This document shows positions 17,800 to 27,024 of a stretch of DNA of 42,443 nt, piece by piece. Below the pieces are notes generated by a model, which worked only from the letters and a program-made list of their open reading frames with translations, searched no databases and was not told where the DNA came from. The DNA lies in the NCBI RefSeq assembly GCF_050748925.1, contig NZ_JBOGQF010000001.1, forward strand, positions 1 through 42,443, read 5' to 3'. This DNA is from Nitrososphaera sp. (lineage in GTDB: Archaea; Thermoproteota; Nitrososphaeria; Nitrososphaerales; Nitrososphaeraceae). Positions within the stretch are counted from its first letter, which is position 1. Each line of letters begins with the position of its first letter. A program made the translations under genes and the position numbers.

Positions 17800-18164
17800 C
17801 ATTCCTTCCGGCTCTCCTCTTCCTTGCTGTCAAAATCCAGCCTCTCGTCGAGCTTTTTTTGCAATTCCTTGTATATGTGGTACTTTTGCGTCCACTTTGA
17901 AAACACTATCCACTGCCTGATGCCCACTCCCAGCCACACGAAAAAAACCAGGACCGCGATGATGGGTATTGCACTTCCCACATCATCTCCGTCAGTCAGC
18001 GCATTGATGACGATGGCAGACACCGGCACAATCGTGATAAACGAAATAACCATTATGATCACCATCTTTTTTGTGAAATCCAGCAGGTGAATGACATTAT
18101 CCAGTATTTCTAGCAGGTTCTCGTGCGCCGTCCCTTTCTTGCTGCTGTCGGTCATGTCACTCAT
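17799..18164 (-). CDS. Small two-TM membrane protein
   Basis: Two hydrophobic segments (MVIIMVISFITIVPVSAIVI; IPIIAVLVFFVWLGVGI) and a charged tail. TTTATAA lies about 25 nt upstream. Confidence 0.8.
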   Translation of the reverse strand: MSDMTDSSKKGTAHENLLEILDNVIHLLDFTKKMVIIMVISFITIVPVSAIVINALTDGDDVGSAIPIIAVLVFFVWLGVGIRQWIVFSKWTQKYHIYKELQKKLDERLDFDSKEEESRKE

Positions 18165-18199
18165 CAGGCACTCCTCCCCGGTGCATTATAAAGAAGGCA

Positions 18200-18212
18200 G
18201 TAACTCTGTTAC
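18200..18212. promoter_or_regulatory. Palindromic operator, copy 1
   Basis: GTAAC-TCT-GTTAC, 7 nt upstream of the minus-strand TATA of the 2-TM gene. Confidence 0.6.
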
Positions 18213-18218
18213 CCGCGC

Positions 18219-18512
18219 TCATTTCCTGCCTTCGCTCCTTGGAAACAGCGATTCATAGGGTTCAAGCACCGCGCTGACAATTTCCTTGCCTTTCTCCGAG
18301 ACCCTGTATTTGATTATCCTGCTTTGCCCCCAGGGTTCCTCGAACCTGATTATCAGGCCTTTTTCCACAAGCTCGTCAATAATCGGCTTGTGCTTGACGT
18401 TGTTGAGCCCGCAGTAGCTCATCAACTGGCTCTGGTTGAGCTCCCCATAATCGCCCAACTTCAATATTATGTCCTTTCTGATGTAAATCCTCTCCCGGTG
18501 TGCATGTACCAA
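18219..18512 (-). CDS. Winged helix-turn-helix transcriptional regulator
   Basis: RERIYIRKDII...LNQSQLMSYCGLN...LVEKGLI...YRVSEKG, an archaeal wHTH pattern; TTG start. Confidence 0.85.
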   Translation of the reverse strand: MVHAHRERIYIRKDIILKLGDYGELNQSQLMSYCGLNNVKHKPIIDELVEKGLIIRFEEPWGQSRIIKYRVSEKGKEIVSAVLEPYESLFPRSEGRK

Positions 18513-18618
18513 TTTGACTCAATTGCCATAGACGCGTTGCTGTCTGACTGAAGCAATAGCTATTCTGCCATTATTTCCAGCCGCTGTTTTTCCTATTGGC
18601 GGGCAAATAAGCATTCAG

Positions 18619-18631
18619 GTAACTCAGTTAC
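18619..18631. promoter_or_regulatory. Palindromic operator, copy 2
   Basis: GTAAC-TCA-GTTAC, 12/13 identical to copy 1, between the divergent wHTH and cupredoxin genes. Confidence 0.6.
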
Positions 18632-18673
18632 GTAGGACAGGTAAACAAGGGTTAAAGCGAGAAATTCCATGTC

Positions 18674-19114
18674 ATGTCTATGGTCTGGAAAACAGTGATA
18701 ATTGCAGTGGCCATAGTGTTTGCATCAGTCATCGTGGGCGGCGCCATCATCGTGGCACAGGCTCTGGCAAACAGCAGCTTTGACGAAAGAGGCCGGGAAT
18801 CCGGCGACCCTGGGCAGAGTTCGCAGCAGGTGCCTCCCCGAATAGAAGGGGTGAAGGTGAGCATCGCGGACAATGACCGGAGCAATTCGTACAGCCCAAA
18901 CCCTGTAGAGATCAAAGCCGGAGAGACGATAACCTGGATAAACGACGACTCTGCCGTGCACACGGTAACGTCTAGCGACGGCGCTTTTGACTCTGGCGTG
19001 TTGAGGAGGGGCGAGACATTCAGCTTTACGTTTGACAAAGAAGGAGAATACCCCTACTTTTGCGCCCTCCATCCCAATATGGCGGGAACAGTGGCGGCTG
19101 CGCCAGATGAATGA
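18674..19114 (+). CDS. Exported blue copper protein (plastocyanin/amicyanin-like cupredoxin)
   Basis: N-terminal signal/TM segment; WINDDSAVHTV and YFCALHPNM carry the type-1 Cu ligands H, C, H, M. Confidence 0.92.
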   Translation: MSMVWKTVIIAVAIVFASVIVGGAIIVAQALANSSFDERGRESGDPGQSSQQVPPRIEGVKVSIADNDRSNSYSPNPVEIKAGETITWINDDSAVHTVTSSDGAFDSGVLRRGETFSFTFDKEGEYPYFCALHPNMAGTVAAAPDE

Positions 19115-19221
19115 GCGATTGCCATCGCGCGAAAAATACGGGAAGTGGATCATCTCCTGCAACCCGCCGCCCCTGGGTCTTTGCAAATCTATATAACGCA
19201 TTCACGCCAAAAAGCATCTGC

Positions 19222-21030
19222 ATGGGCAACGACGACCCGTCATCGACCCACAGGGTCGCAGTCATGGACTATGAGCTGTGCCAGCCGCGGAAGTGCGGGC
19301 TAGAGTGCATCATCTACTGCCCAGTGAACAAGACCGGCGGCCAGTGCATCGTGCAGCGCCCGGAGGACAACAAGGCACTCATCTCAGAAGACCTCTGCAC
19401 GGGCTGCGGAATATGCATAAAGAAATGCCCCTTTGACGCCATAGTCATAGTCAACCTTGCAAAAGAGCTGACGGAAGAAAAAATCCACCAGTACGGCGTC
19501 AACTCATTCCGCTTTTACCGCCTGCCGACTCCCAAGAGAGGTTCAGTAGTGGGCCTCGTGGGCAGAAACGGCATGGGCAAGTCCACCATCGTCAACATCC
19601 TTTCCGGCACGGTCAAGCCCAACCTGGGCAAGTACGAAGGCGACCAGCCGTGGGACAAGGTTCTGAAATATTTCCAGGGCACCGAGCTAAAGGCGCACTT
19701 TGACAAGATTGCAAACGGCCAGATGCGCGCGTCCATCAAGCCGCAGCTGGTCTACATGATACCAAAGGCGTTCAAGGGCACGCCAAAGGAGCTGCTGGCA
19801 AAATACGACGAGCGCAAGGTCGCAGACAAACTGATCGACGAGCTCGGCCTGCAGACCATACTCTCGCGCGACATTGCCACCCTCAGTGGCGGCGAGCTTC
19901 AACGTTTGGCAGTCGCCGTGGCGGCGGCAAAGGATGCCGAGTACTACTTTTTCGACGAGCCGTCGTCGTACAACGACGTCTACCAACGCCTTGCAGTCGC
20001 CAAGGTGATGAAGGGCCTGGCCGAAGAGGGCAAGAGCGTGATGGTCGTAGAGCACGACATGACCCTGCTCGACTACCTGTCAGACTATGTCCACATCATC
20101 TATGGCGAGCCGGGGGCGTACGGCATCGTGTCTGCGCTGCAGAGCACCAAGGTCGGCATCAACAATTTCCTCGAAGGCTACTTGCCGGCAGAAAACGTGC
20201 GGTTCAGGGAGAAGGCGTTCCGCTTTGACGCCACCACGTCGGAAGACAGCTTTGTGCAGGACGCCACGGTCGCAAGCTATACCGACGTTAGCAAGGCGTT
20301 CCCGTCGTTCAAGCTCACCGTGGCGGCAGGCAGGATACGCAGGGGCGAAATAGTGGGCATGGTGGGCGCAAACGCGCTGGGCAAGACCACGTTCATGCGC
20401 ATGCTCGCAGGCGTCGACAAGCCCGACTCGGGCACTATAGACGTGGGCGCCAAGATATCGTACAAGCCCCAGTACCTCAACCAGGAATACGAAGGCGACG
20501 TGCGCTCGCTCTTTTACGCCGCCTACCAGATGCCGGTGGAAAACTCGCCGGCAGAAGAGCGGATCATAATCCCGATAGGCGCCAAAAAGCTCTATGAAAA
20601 GAGCGTCAAGAACCTCAGCGGGGGCGAGCTGCAAAAAGTCGCCGTGACGGCTTCATTGCTGCGCCCTGCCGACATCTATGCACTTGACGAGCCGTCTGCC
20701 TTCCTTGACGCGGAGGACAGAATAGCCGTCGCAAAATTCCTGCAGCGCTTCGTCCGGGGCCAGGACAGGTCGGCCATAATCATCGACCACGACCTGCAGC
20801 TCATCGACCTGGTATCGGATACCATCGTGATGTTTGACGGCGAGCCGGGCGTTCAAGGTCATGCCACCGCGCCGATGCGCAGGGAAGACGGCATGAACAT
20901 GTTCCTCAAAGAGCTTGCCATCACCTACAGGCGCGACGACACCACCGGCAGGCCCCGTGTCAACAAGGATGGCGGCAGGCTGGACCGGGACCAAAAGAGC
21001 TCTGGCAACTATTACTATGTGAAGCAGTAA
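19222..21030 (+). CDS. ABCE1/RLI ribosome recycling ATPase
   Basis: N-terminal 4Fe-4S Cys clusters (CQPRKCGLECIIYCP, CTGCGICIKKCP) and two ABC domains with LSGGELQ. ATG 19222 is preferred because TATA-like tctatataa lies at about 19188-19196. Confidence 0.96.
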   Translation: MGNDDPSSTHRVAVMDYELCQPRKCGLECIIYCPVNKTGGQCIVQRPEDNKALISEDLCTGCGICIKKCPFDAIVIVNLAKELTEEKIHQYGVNSFRFYRLPTPKRGSVVGLVGRNGMGKSTIVNILSGTVKPNLGKYEGDQPWDKVLKYFQGTELKAHFDKIANGQMRASIKPQLVYMIPKAFKGTPKELLAKYDERKVADKLIDELGLQTILSRDIATLSGGELQRLAVAVAAAKDAEYYFFDEPSSYNDVYQRLAVAKVMKGLAEEGKSVMVVEHDMTLLDYLSDYVHIIYGEPGAYGIVSALQSTKVGINNFLEGYLPAENVRFREKAFRFDATTSEDSFVQDATVASYTDVSKAFPSFKLTVAAGRIRRGEIVGMVGANALGKTTFMRMLAGVDKPDSGTIDVGAKISYKPQYLNQEYEGDVRSLFYAAYQMPVENSPAEERIIIPIGAKKLYEKSVKNLSGGELQKVAVTASLLRPADIYALDEPSAFLDAEDRIAVAKFLQRFVRGQDRSAIIIDHDLQLIDLVSDTIVMFDGEPGVQGHATAPMRREDGMNMFLKELAITYRRDDTTGRPRVNKDGGRLDRDQKSSGNYYYVKQ

Positions 21031-21872
21031 TGCCACACATGCTGAAAACCGTCCTTGCAGGCGTCCTCGACCCCGAAGAGGCGTCGCAGGTCTATTCCGC
21101 GTTTGACCAGATAGGCGACATCGTGATTGTAAAGATACCGGACGAGCTTGCGGGCAAGAAAAAGGTCATCGCCGAAGCGATACTGGCAAACGTCAAGACG
21201 GCAAAGGCGGTGTTTGCGCAGGCGTCGGCGGTCAAGGGCGACTTTCGAGTCCGTGACCTTGAGCACCTGGCCGGTGAGAACCGGACTGTGACTGAATACA
21301 AAGAGCACGCGTGCAAGTTCAAAGTCGACGTCGCCCGGGCGTATTTTTCCCCCCGCCTGTCGACAGAGAGGCAGAGGATAGCCGAGCTCACCGGCGACAA
21401 CGACGTCGTGGTGAACATGTTCGCCGGCGTCGGCACCTATTCTGTCGTCATTGCGAAAAAGGTCCGGACTGCCCGGGTGTACAGCATCGACTCAAACTCT
21501 GTCGCAAACGACCTGTGCATTGAAAACGCGCGCCTGAACAAGGTGTCCGAGCGCGTAATCCCGATATGCGGCGACGCTGCAAAGGTCATCGAGGAGCAGC
21601 TTGCCGGGGTTGCCGACAGGGTGCTGATGCCGCTTCCTGAAAGGGCAAAGGAGTTCATCGAGCCGGCCGTGCTCGCACTAAAAGCGCGCGGCGTCGCCCA
21701 CTATTTTGTGCACGTCAAGGCCGACGGCAAAAAGGGCTCAAAAGAGGCAGGCGAAAAGGACGCCTCTGACGCCTTTGCAAAATACGACCACGAGGTCCTG
21801 AAAGTGACTACGGTGCGAGAGGTCGGCCCGCGCATCTACCAAATAGTCGCCGACGTGCAGATCAGGAAGTAG
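21030..21872 (+). CDS. Trm5/Tyw2 (Met-10+-like) SAM-dependent tRNA modification enzyme
   Basis: FDQIGDI, YFSPRLSTER, NMFAGVG, ADRVLMPLP. Confidence 0.88.
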   Translation: MPHMLKTVLAGVLDPEEASQVYSAFDQIGDIVIVKIPDELAGKKKVIAEAILANVKTAKAVFAQASAVKGDFRVRDLEHLAGENRTVTEYKEHACKFKVDVARAYFSPRLSTERQRIAELTGDNDVVVNMFAGVGTYSVVIAKKVRTARVYSIDSNSVANDLCIENARLNKVSERVIPICGDAAKVIEEQLAGVADRVLMPLPERAKEFIEPAVLALKARGVAHYFVHVKADGKKGSKEAGEKDASDAFAKYDHEVLKVTTVREVGPRIYQIVADVQIRK

Positions 21873-22098
21873 CAGTAGCAGCGGCGCCCGGCTCTTCCTT
21901 TGGCGCCGTGAGCATCGTGTACCCTATCCAGCCAAGCACCATGAGCAGCACGCCGATGGCGCCGACCATCGTGAACTTCATCACGATCGCGTCGTACTGG
22001 GTGCCAAACATCAGGTAGGCATAGATTATGAACACCGCTATGGCGACGGCCAGCAGGCCCGCTCCCGCGCCCCTGTTGCCCCTCCTCTTCATAGGCAT
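21862..22098 (-). CDS. Small two-TM membrane protein
   Basis: Two hydrophobic helices with an LGWIGYTM..P motif. Confidence 0.7.
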   Translation of the reverse strand: MPMKRRGNRGAGAGLLAVAIAVFIIYAYLMFGTQYDAIVMKFTMVGAIGVLLMVLGWIGYTMLTAPKEEPGAAATATS

Positions 22099-22125
22099 TC
22101 AGGCAACGCCTGCATCTTATCAATC

Positions 22126-22332
22126 TTATTCCTTTCTTCTCACCTTGAACGCGACGCGCATCAACGCCTGGTACTCGACTATCTTGTCGCTGTTGACAAT
22201 GACGTTCAGCTTGACCACCTCTGCAGTGCGTATGTCCTTGACAGTCAATGCCGTTTCTGCAACCGCGTTCTTGACCGCGTCGTCAAAGCTCTTGGTCGAC
22301 TCGCCCAGGATGTCTATGTACTTGAAAACCAT
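22126..22332 (-). CDS. Dodecin family protein
   Basis: VFKYIDILGES..SFDDAVKNAV...IVEYQALMRVAFKV; 68 aa. Confidence 0.9.
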   Translation of the reverse strand: MVFKYIDILGESTKSFDDAVKNAVAETALTVKDIRTAEVVKLNVIVNSDKIVEYQALMRVAFKVRRKE

Positions 22333-22473
22333 GCGACTATCATCCGGGCTGCGCTTTTAAACTCACCTTTCGCCCCTGCAAGCCGTGGCTGTGGGAGGCA
22401 ATCCATGGAAACAATTACCAGAAGACGCCATTCTAACAATATTTACATAGAACCCGACTCTACCATTACCTGC

Positions 22474-23931
22474 TTGGACTTTAAGAACAGGCTGATCCTG
22501 TTTTTCATACTCATCGCAGTCATACCCATAGCTGCGCTTTCTGTGGTCTTTACCATCACGGTAATAGAGTTCAAGGAGCAGATCTCAAACGTCTATTCGG
22601 GCTTTGTCTCCAACATGGCCATACTGCAAAAGAACAAGGGCGACCTTCTTGCGATGAGGGCCGACCTCGTACAGTACACGAGCTCGCAGGACGCGGGGCA
22701 AAAGGCGTCGGCCATAACGCACATGCAGGGGCTGAAAAGCAGCATCGCCGGGATTGCCGGCGATTACAAGATGATAAAAGACCTGCCAGGCGGGTTTGAG
22801 CCCCCAGGCGTCATAATCCAGCCGGTCAGCAGCTTTAACGTCGCCAAGCTGGCGTCTGACGAGACCGTCGTTGCCAACAGGATAACCCAGCAGTGGAAGG
22901 ACTATTCAACAAAGGCAGACGACCTTGCCATCCTGGCGTCAGACCCGAACTTTGCCTCCCAGGCGTCGGCCACCGCGGGCCAGCTAATAGTGCTCAACGA
23001 CAGGCTGGTCGAGTCATACGACGCGCTCGTTGAGCTGAACACCCAGATAGGCGAGGCGTCGCGCGAGCAGTCGCAGCAGGTGATGCAGGTCGCCTTCTTT
23101 TACGGCGGGCTCGCATCGGCGATATCCGCGGCGTGCGCGACTGCGGCAGCCATACTGGTGTCAAAGAGGGTGGTGCTCGGCGACCTCGTCAGGATGAGCA
23201 AGCTCGACCTCATCGAGACGACGCTTCGCGACCTGATAGGCGGGGGCGCGGACGCGCTGGTGGGCATGATAAAGAGCCAGATGTCCGAAGAAGCCGGCAC
23301 GCCGATGCCTGCGCAAAGAGAAGTGCAGACCGCGTTTGTCCAGTCTGCAAGCGAGGACGTCATCATCGGCAAGTCCAGGGCCAAGCCTTACGACGAGGCC
23401 AAGCCCGGCAGGCCCTCTGGCGCATTTGTAGATGAGCAAGTGCCTCAAAACGAGTCGCCGGCAGGCCCCGACTATGCCGGCAAGCTGGTCATGCTCAACG
23501 CCGGCAGCAAGCCCGGCGCGGGAGCTACAGCGGTGCTGGACCGGCTGTTTTCGGGCAAGAACCTAGTGGTGCTGACCCGCAAGGGGAGCAACATCTACCA
23601 CAGGGCGCAGGGCAAGGCGGTGATCGTCTGCGTGCTGGGGCAGGGCGCTTTGGGCAAAGAGCGCGTAATCCCATCTGCAAATGAGGGCGAGCTGGCGCAG
23701 GCCATAGAGGCCATAATGAAGGAAAACCCGTCGGCGACCGTGCTTGTCGACAGCGCGACAGAACTCGTCTACACGCTCGGCTTTGAGCGCGTCTTTGCGC
23801 TCTTGCGCAGCCTGTCAGAGGCCGTGTCGTCGCACGGGGAGGCGAGCGTCGTCGTGCTAGTGAACAAAAAAGCCCACGAATCCCGGATAATCGAGGCAAT
23901 AATCAGCATGGCTAACGAGTTTGTCGATTAG
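22474..23931 (+). CDS. Membrane sensor-like protein: four-helix-bundle extracellular domain + C-terminal DUF835-like (RecA/KaiC-fold, no Walker A) domain
   Basis: TM1 after FKNRL, helical external region, TM2 (FFYGGLASAISAACATAAAILV), C-terminal VLVDSATELVYTLGFERVFALL...VLVNKKAHE. TTG 22474 is preferred over 22405. Confidence 0.7.
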   Translation: MDFKNRLILFFILIAVIPIAALSVVFTITVIEFKEQISNVYSGFVSNMAILQKNKGDLLAMRADLVQYTSSQDAGQKASAITHMQGLKSSIAGIAGDYKMIKDLPGGFEPPGVIIQPVSSFNVAKLASDETVVANRITQQWKDYSTKADDLAILASDPNFASQASATAGQLIVLNDRLVESYDALVELNTQIGEASREQSQQVMQVAFFYGGLASAISAACATAAAILVSKRVVLGDLVRMSKLDLIETTLRDLIGGGADALVGMIKSQMSEEAGTPMPAQREVQTAFVQSASEDVIIGKSRAKPYDEAKPGRPSGAFVDEQVPQNESPAGPDYAGKLVMLNAGSKPGAGATAVLDRLFSGKNLVVLTRKGSNIYHRAQGKAVIVCVLGQGALGKERVIPSANEGELAQAIEAIMKENPSATVLVDSATELVYTLGFERVFALLRSLSEAVSSHGEASVVVLVNKKAHESRIIEAIISMANEFVD

Positions 23932-23973
23932 CTCTGCCTAACAGCGCCGTTTAAATCCATTTAGCGGGCAATA

Positions 23974-24156
23974 ATGCCCATGCCGGAGACCATGTGCAGA
24001 AGGTGCGGGGCCGAGATGGCAGAACATGCCGACTGCGACCTGTGCGGGCGCGCCCTCAGCGTCATATGTCCCGAGTGCGGCTATCTGCCGGACGACAGGG
24101 TCCACGTCGACTGCGTGACTGCGGCCTCTCTTCTCAGTTCAACTCGAGCGCCATGA
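23974..24156 (+). CDS. Small Cys-rich zinc-ribbon protein
   Basis: CRRC, CDLC, CPEC and HVDC in 60 aa; TATA-like tttaaat upstream. Confidence 0.7.
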   Translation: MPMPETMCRRCGAEMAEHADCDLCGRALSVICPECGYLPDDRVHVDCVTAASLLSSTRAP

Positions 24157-24631
24157 GGTAGGCGTCCTCGCCGTCCCTGTAGTACGAGCGCAGGCGCGAC
24201 TTTGTGTCAAATTTCAGCTTTTCGTACATTTTTATCGCGCCGGTGTTGCTGGCCCTGACCTCGAGGTAGATCTCGTCGGCCTTTCTTTGCAGCACGCCGT
24301 TTATGCCCTCGAGCATCAGCGCCTTGCCGAGGCCCTTGCCGCGGTGGTCGTCAAGCACGGCTACCGATACGACATGGCCTTTTTTCACAAAGCCCAGCTT
24401 GCGAAAGTTCGAAAAGCCAAATTCCAGCTTGCACATGATATAGCCCACTATCCTGTCGTCTATCTCGGCGACGATGAACGCCTCCGGCAGCTCGTGCAGT
24501 ATCGACTCGAAAAAGTAGTCAGAGTAGTGCTCTGGCAGCGCGGCCATGTTGATGTCGACTACGGCCGGCAGGTCCCTGTCCTCGCACCGGCGTATGATAT
24601 AGTCGCCAACCTTGCGCAGCGCTGTCTGCAA
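24134..24631 (-). CDS. N-terminal acetyltransferase (Ard1/RimI-like GNAT)
   Basis: LPEHY, GHVVSVAV, RGKGLG, LEVRASN, YYRDGEDA. Confidence 0.92.
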   Translation of the reverse strand: MQTALRKVGDYIIRRCEDRDLPAVVDINMAALPEHYSDYFFESILHELPEAFIVAEIDDRIVGYIMCKLEFGFSNFRKLGFVKKGHVVSVAVLDDHRGKGLGKALMLEGINGVLQRKADEIYLEVRASNTGAIKMYEKLKFDTKSRLRSYYRDGEDAYLMALELN

Positions 24632-24721
24632 ACTGGCAGTAATTCAGAAACGGCATTAAAAAACCTTAAGGACGAGGAACTCGGAACAAGCTTTTAATTC
24701 GATTGTTGCCAATGAATTGCG

Positions 24722-25879
24722 GTGGCGGTATTCGTCAACGGCGGCTATTCCCGGGCAGTGCCGGCGGTGTCTTCGTTTTACACCATACTCGACACGCAGA
24801 GGCACCCGACGGGGGACGCCGTGCGCTTTCTCATAGCCGAGAATGAAATCTACTCTACTTTTCCCAAGTTGTTGAGAGAGCTTGCCAAGGAGGGCATGAT
24901 AGCCACTGCCAAGCGCGCCCGGTACAGTTCCAGGCTGATGCCGACGCTTTCGTCAGCCAACCTGACCGTGGAAAACAGGGTCGTGATCACGGTATCCAAG
25001 ATCCAGAGCGCCAGGCCGCGCAGCAAGTACCTCACGTCGATTCCTGTAATCCTCTTCCTGGCTACCCTGACTGTGGTGTTTATCGACGGCCTCTACAAAT
25101 CCGGCTCGGACTTTACGCGCCTGTTCGTGCAGGACCCAATCCTGCTTGCAGTCGTCTACACGATGTCGCTCCTCGGGATACTGGGCGTTCACGAGATGGG
25201 GCACATGATAGCAAACAAGTGGCACGGGATAAGGACTTCGTGGCCATACTTTATCCCCGGCATCCCGGGATTTTTCATCCCGACGTTTGGAGCGATGATA
25301 GTGACGCGCAGCGCCATGACCAACCGCAACGTGCTCTTTGACGTTGGCATCTCCGGCCCCATAGCCGGCCTGATAGTCACTATGGTAGTGTCAGTGTATG
25401 GCGCTTCTATATCTGTCATCATACCTGACGACCAGGCGCAGGACATCGGGGGCCTGATGCCCCTGCGCAGCAGCATACTGATGACGGCGACTTTGCAGCT
25501 GGCGGGCCAGGACGCCGCCAGCAGCGACTCGGTCCTGATAATGTCGCCCGTGCTCTTTGCGGCATGGGTGGGCTTTTTCATAACGTTCCTCAACCTCATG
25601 CCTGCCGCGCAGCTGGACGGCGGGCACATCGTCAGGTCCGCGCTCGGCGTGAGGTGGCACCGCATACTCACCTACAGCAGCATAGGGGTCCTGTTCGGCC
25701 TCGGCTTTTACCCGATGGCGTTTCTGGTGCTCATCATAGCCATGAGGGCGCCCGAGAGCACGCCGCTTGACGACGTGTCGCCACTCTCAAAAAAACGCAA
25801 GGCGCTCTTCTGGGTCGCGATTGCGCTGGCGGTGCTGTGCGCCCCGCTCCCCGACGAGGCTCTCAGCCCGCTGTTTTGA
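24722..25879 (+). CDS. Site-2 protease (M50)
   Basis: HEMGH, GISGPIAG, NLMPAAQLDGGH and multiple TM segments; start uncertain. Confidence 0.92.
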   Translation: MAVFVNGGYSRAVPAVSSFYTILDTQRHPTGDAVRFLIAENEIYSTFPKLLRELAKEGMIATAKRARYSSRLMPTLSSANLTVENRVVITVSKIQSARPRSKYLTSIPVILFLATLTVVFIDGLYKSGSDFTRLFVQDPILLAVVYTMSLLGILGVHEMGHMIANKWHGIRTSWPYFIPGIPGFFIPTFGAMIVTRSAMTNRNVLFDVGISGPIAGLIVTMVVSVYGASISVIIPDDQAQDIGGLMPLRSSILMTATLQLAGQDAASSDSVLIMSPVLFAAWVGFFITFLNLMPAAQLDGGHIVRSALGVRWHRILTYSSIGVLFGLGFYPMAFLVLIIAMRAPESTPLDDVSPLSKKRKALFWVAIALAVLCAPLPDEALSPLF

Positions 25880-26978
25880 CAAGCGCAATGTCGGCGTCTG
25901 ACACCACGAGCGACTTGTGCCCCTTGCCGTGCTTGGCCAGCATCTTTTCAAACGCGTCCTTGACCCCCGCATAGGTGGAAAAGCCCAGCTTGGCCGCATA
26001 ATAGTTGGGCAGGCTCGACACTATGCCAAGCTCGCGCTTTGTCTTTAATTCCTGGATGTACAGCAGGTGCTCAAGCCCCTCGACGTACGGCGACAGCGCG
26101 ACCTGCTCCTGCTTTAGCCTGCCTTCCATCAGCGCCTGCAGCGCGCCACCGCCTATGCCTTCGCGGCATTCTGCCAGCAGCACGGCCGTCCCGCCCTCCT
26201 TGACCGCGTGCGCGCAGTTCCAGAGCGAATTGAGCGCGCCTGCAAGCGTCGCGTGCGGCCCGGACTCGCTGCTTGCGCTGATTACCGCCGAGCGCACCTG
26301 CTCGGCCTCTGCCGCCGGCATGGACCTTAACTGCTGGAGCGCGCCTGCAAAGGCGCCGCTCACCGTCCCCGTGTGGACGCCGGCGATGCCGGTGCTGTTT
26401 GCTACCAGCTCTACCGACGTCGCCTGCAAGCCCTCCACCGCGGCAGTTGCTACCTTTAGCGGCGCGCCCTCGACGCCGGGCTCCGGCACGTTGCCGCGCC
26501 GGGCGCCAAACGCCTCTGCCATTTTTTCTGGATAGAGCGCCCGCACCAGCGCCGTGGGCGCCCCGGCAAACCCAAACAGAGGGTCGTACCCGACCTGCGA
26601 AACTATCACCGTGCTCTGGAATTTTTTGCACCGCTCCTCAAGCGACTGGTAGTCGATGCGGTTGATCGAAACAGGCGCCGCCTGCGGGTCTGTAAACGCG
26701 GCAAGGCCAGACCGCAGGGAGCCGGCAAGCCGCCCCGGCACGTCCACCGTGACTGAAGGGGCCCTGGCGGCTATCTGGCTGACTGCCTTGGCAGCCGCCC
26801 TTGAAGACGACAGCGCGACCAGCAGCATGTTGTCGGTGACCGGCACGCCGCCAAGCGCCTCTCTGGCCTGGTCGTCGGGCATGGCCGGAAAGTTTGACGA
26901 GACCTGGCTTGCGAGGTTTTCAAACCTGATGTCAAGCACTACGTCCGTGGTGCCGTAGCGAAGCCATATCTCTGGCAT
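25863..26978 (-). CDS. Divergent LarA (lactate racemase)-like protein
   Basis: The N-terminal IWLRYG...ENL and C-terminal AVKEGGTAVLLAECREGIG segments resemble the LarA/DUF2088 termini. Confidence 0.55.
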   Translation of the reverse strand: MPEIWLRYGTTDVVLDIRFENLASQVSSNFPAMPDDQAREALGGVPVTDNMLLVALSSSRAAAKAVSQIAARAPSVTVDVPGRLAGSLRSGLAAFTDPQAAPVSINRIDYQSLEERCKKFQSTVIVSQVGYDPLFGFAGAPTALVRALYPEKMAEAFGARRGNVPEPGVEGAPLKVATAAVEGLQATSVELVANSTGIAGVHTGTVSGAFAGALQQLRSMPAAEAEQVRSAVISASSESGPHATLAGALNSLWNCAHAVKEGGTAVLLAECREGIGGGALQALMEGRLKQEQVALSPYVEGLEHLLYIQELKTKRELGIVSSLPNYYAAKLGFSTYAGVKDAFEKMLAKHGKGHKSLVVSDADIALVKTAG

Positions 26979-27024
26979 GTATGCAATAAAAGATAAAATA
27001 ATTGAGTATTATACTTTATACTGT

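Noticed and set aside
17799..18164. 2-TM protein as a Pycsar/CBASS-type effector of the cyclase
   Set aside because: It has no recognisable nucleotide-binding domain, is separated from the cyclase by the 5S fragment and a T-tract, and shares an operator with the wHTH gene; not supportable, though not excluded.
19111..19221. N-terminal extension of ABCE1
   Set aside because: Contains a TATA-like element, and homology begins after ATG 19222.
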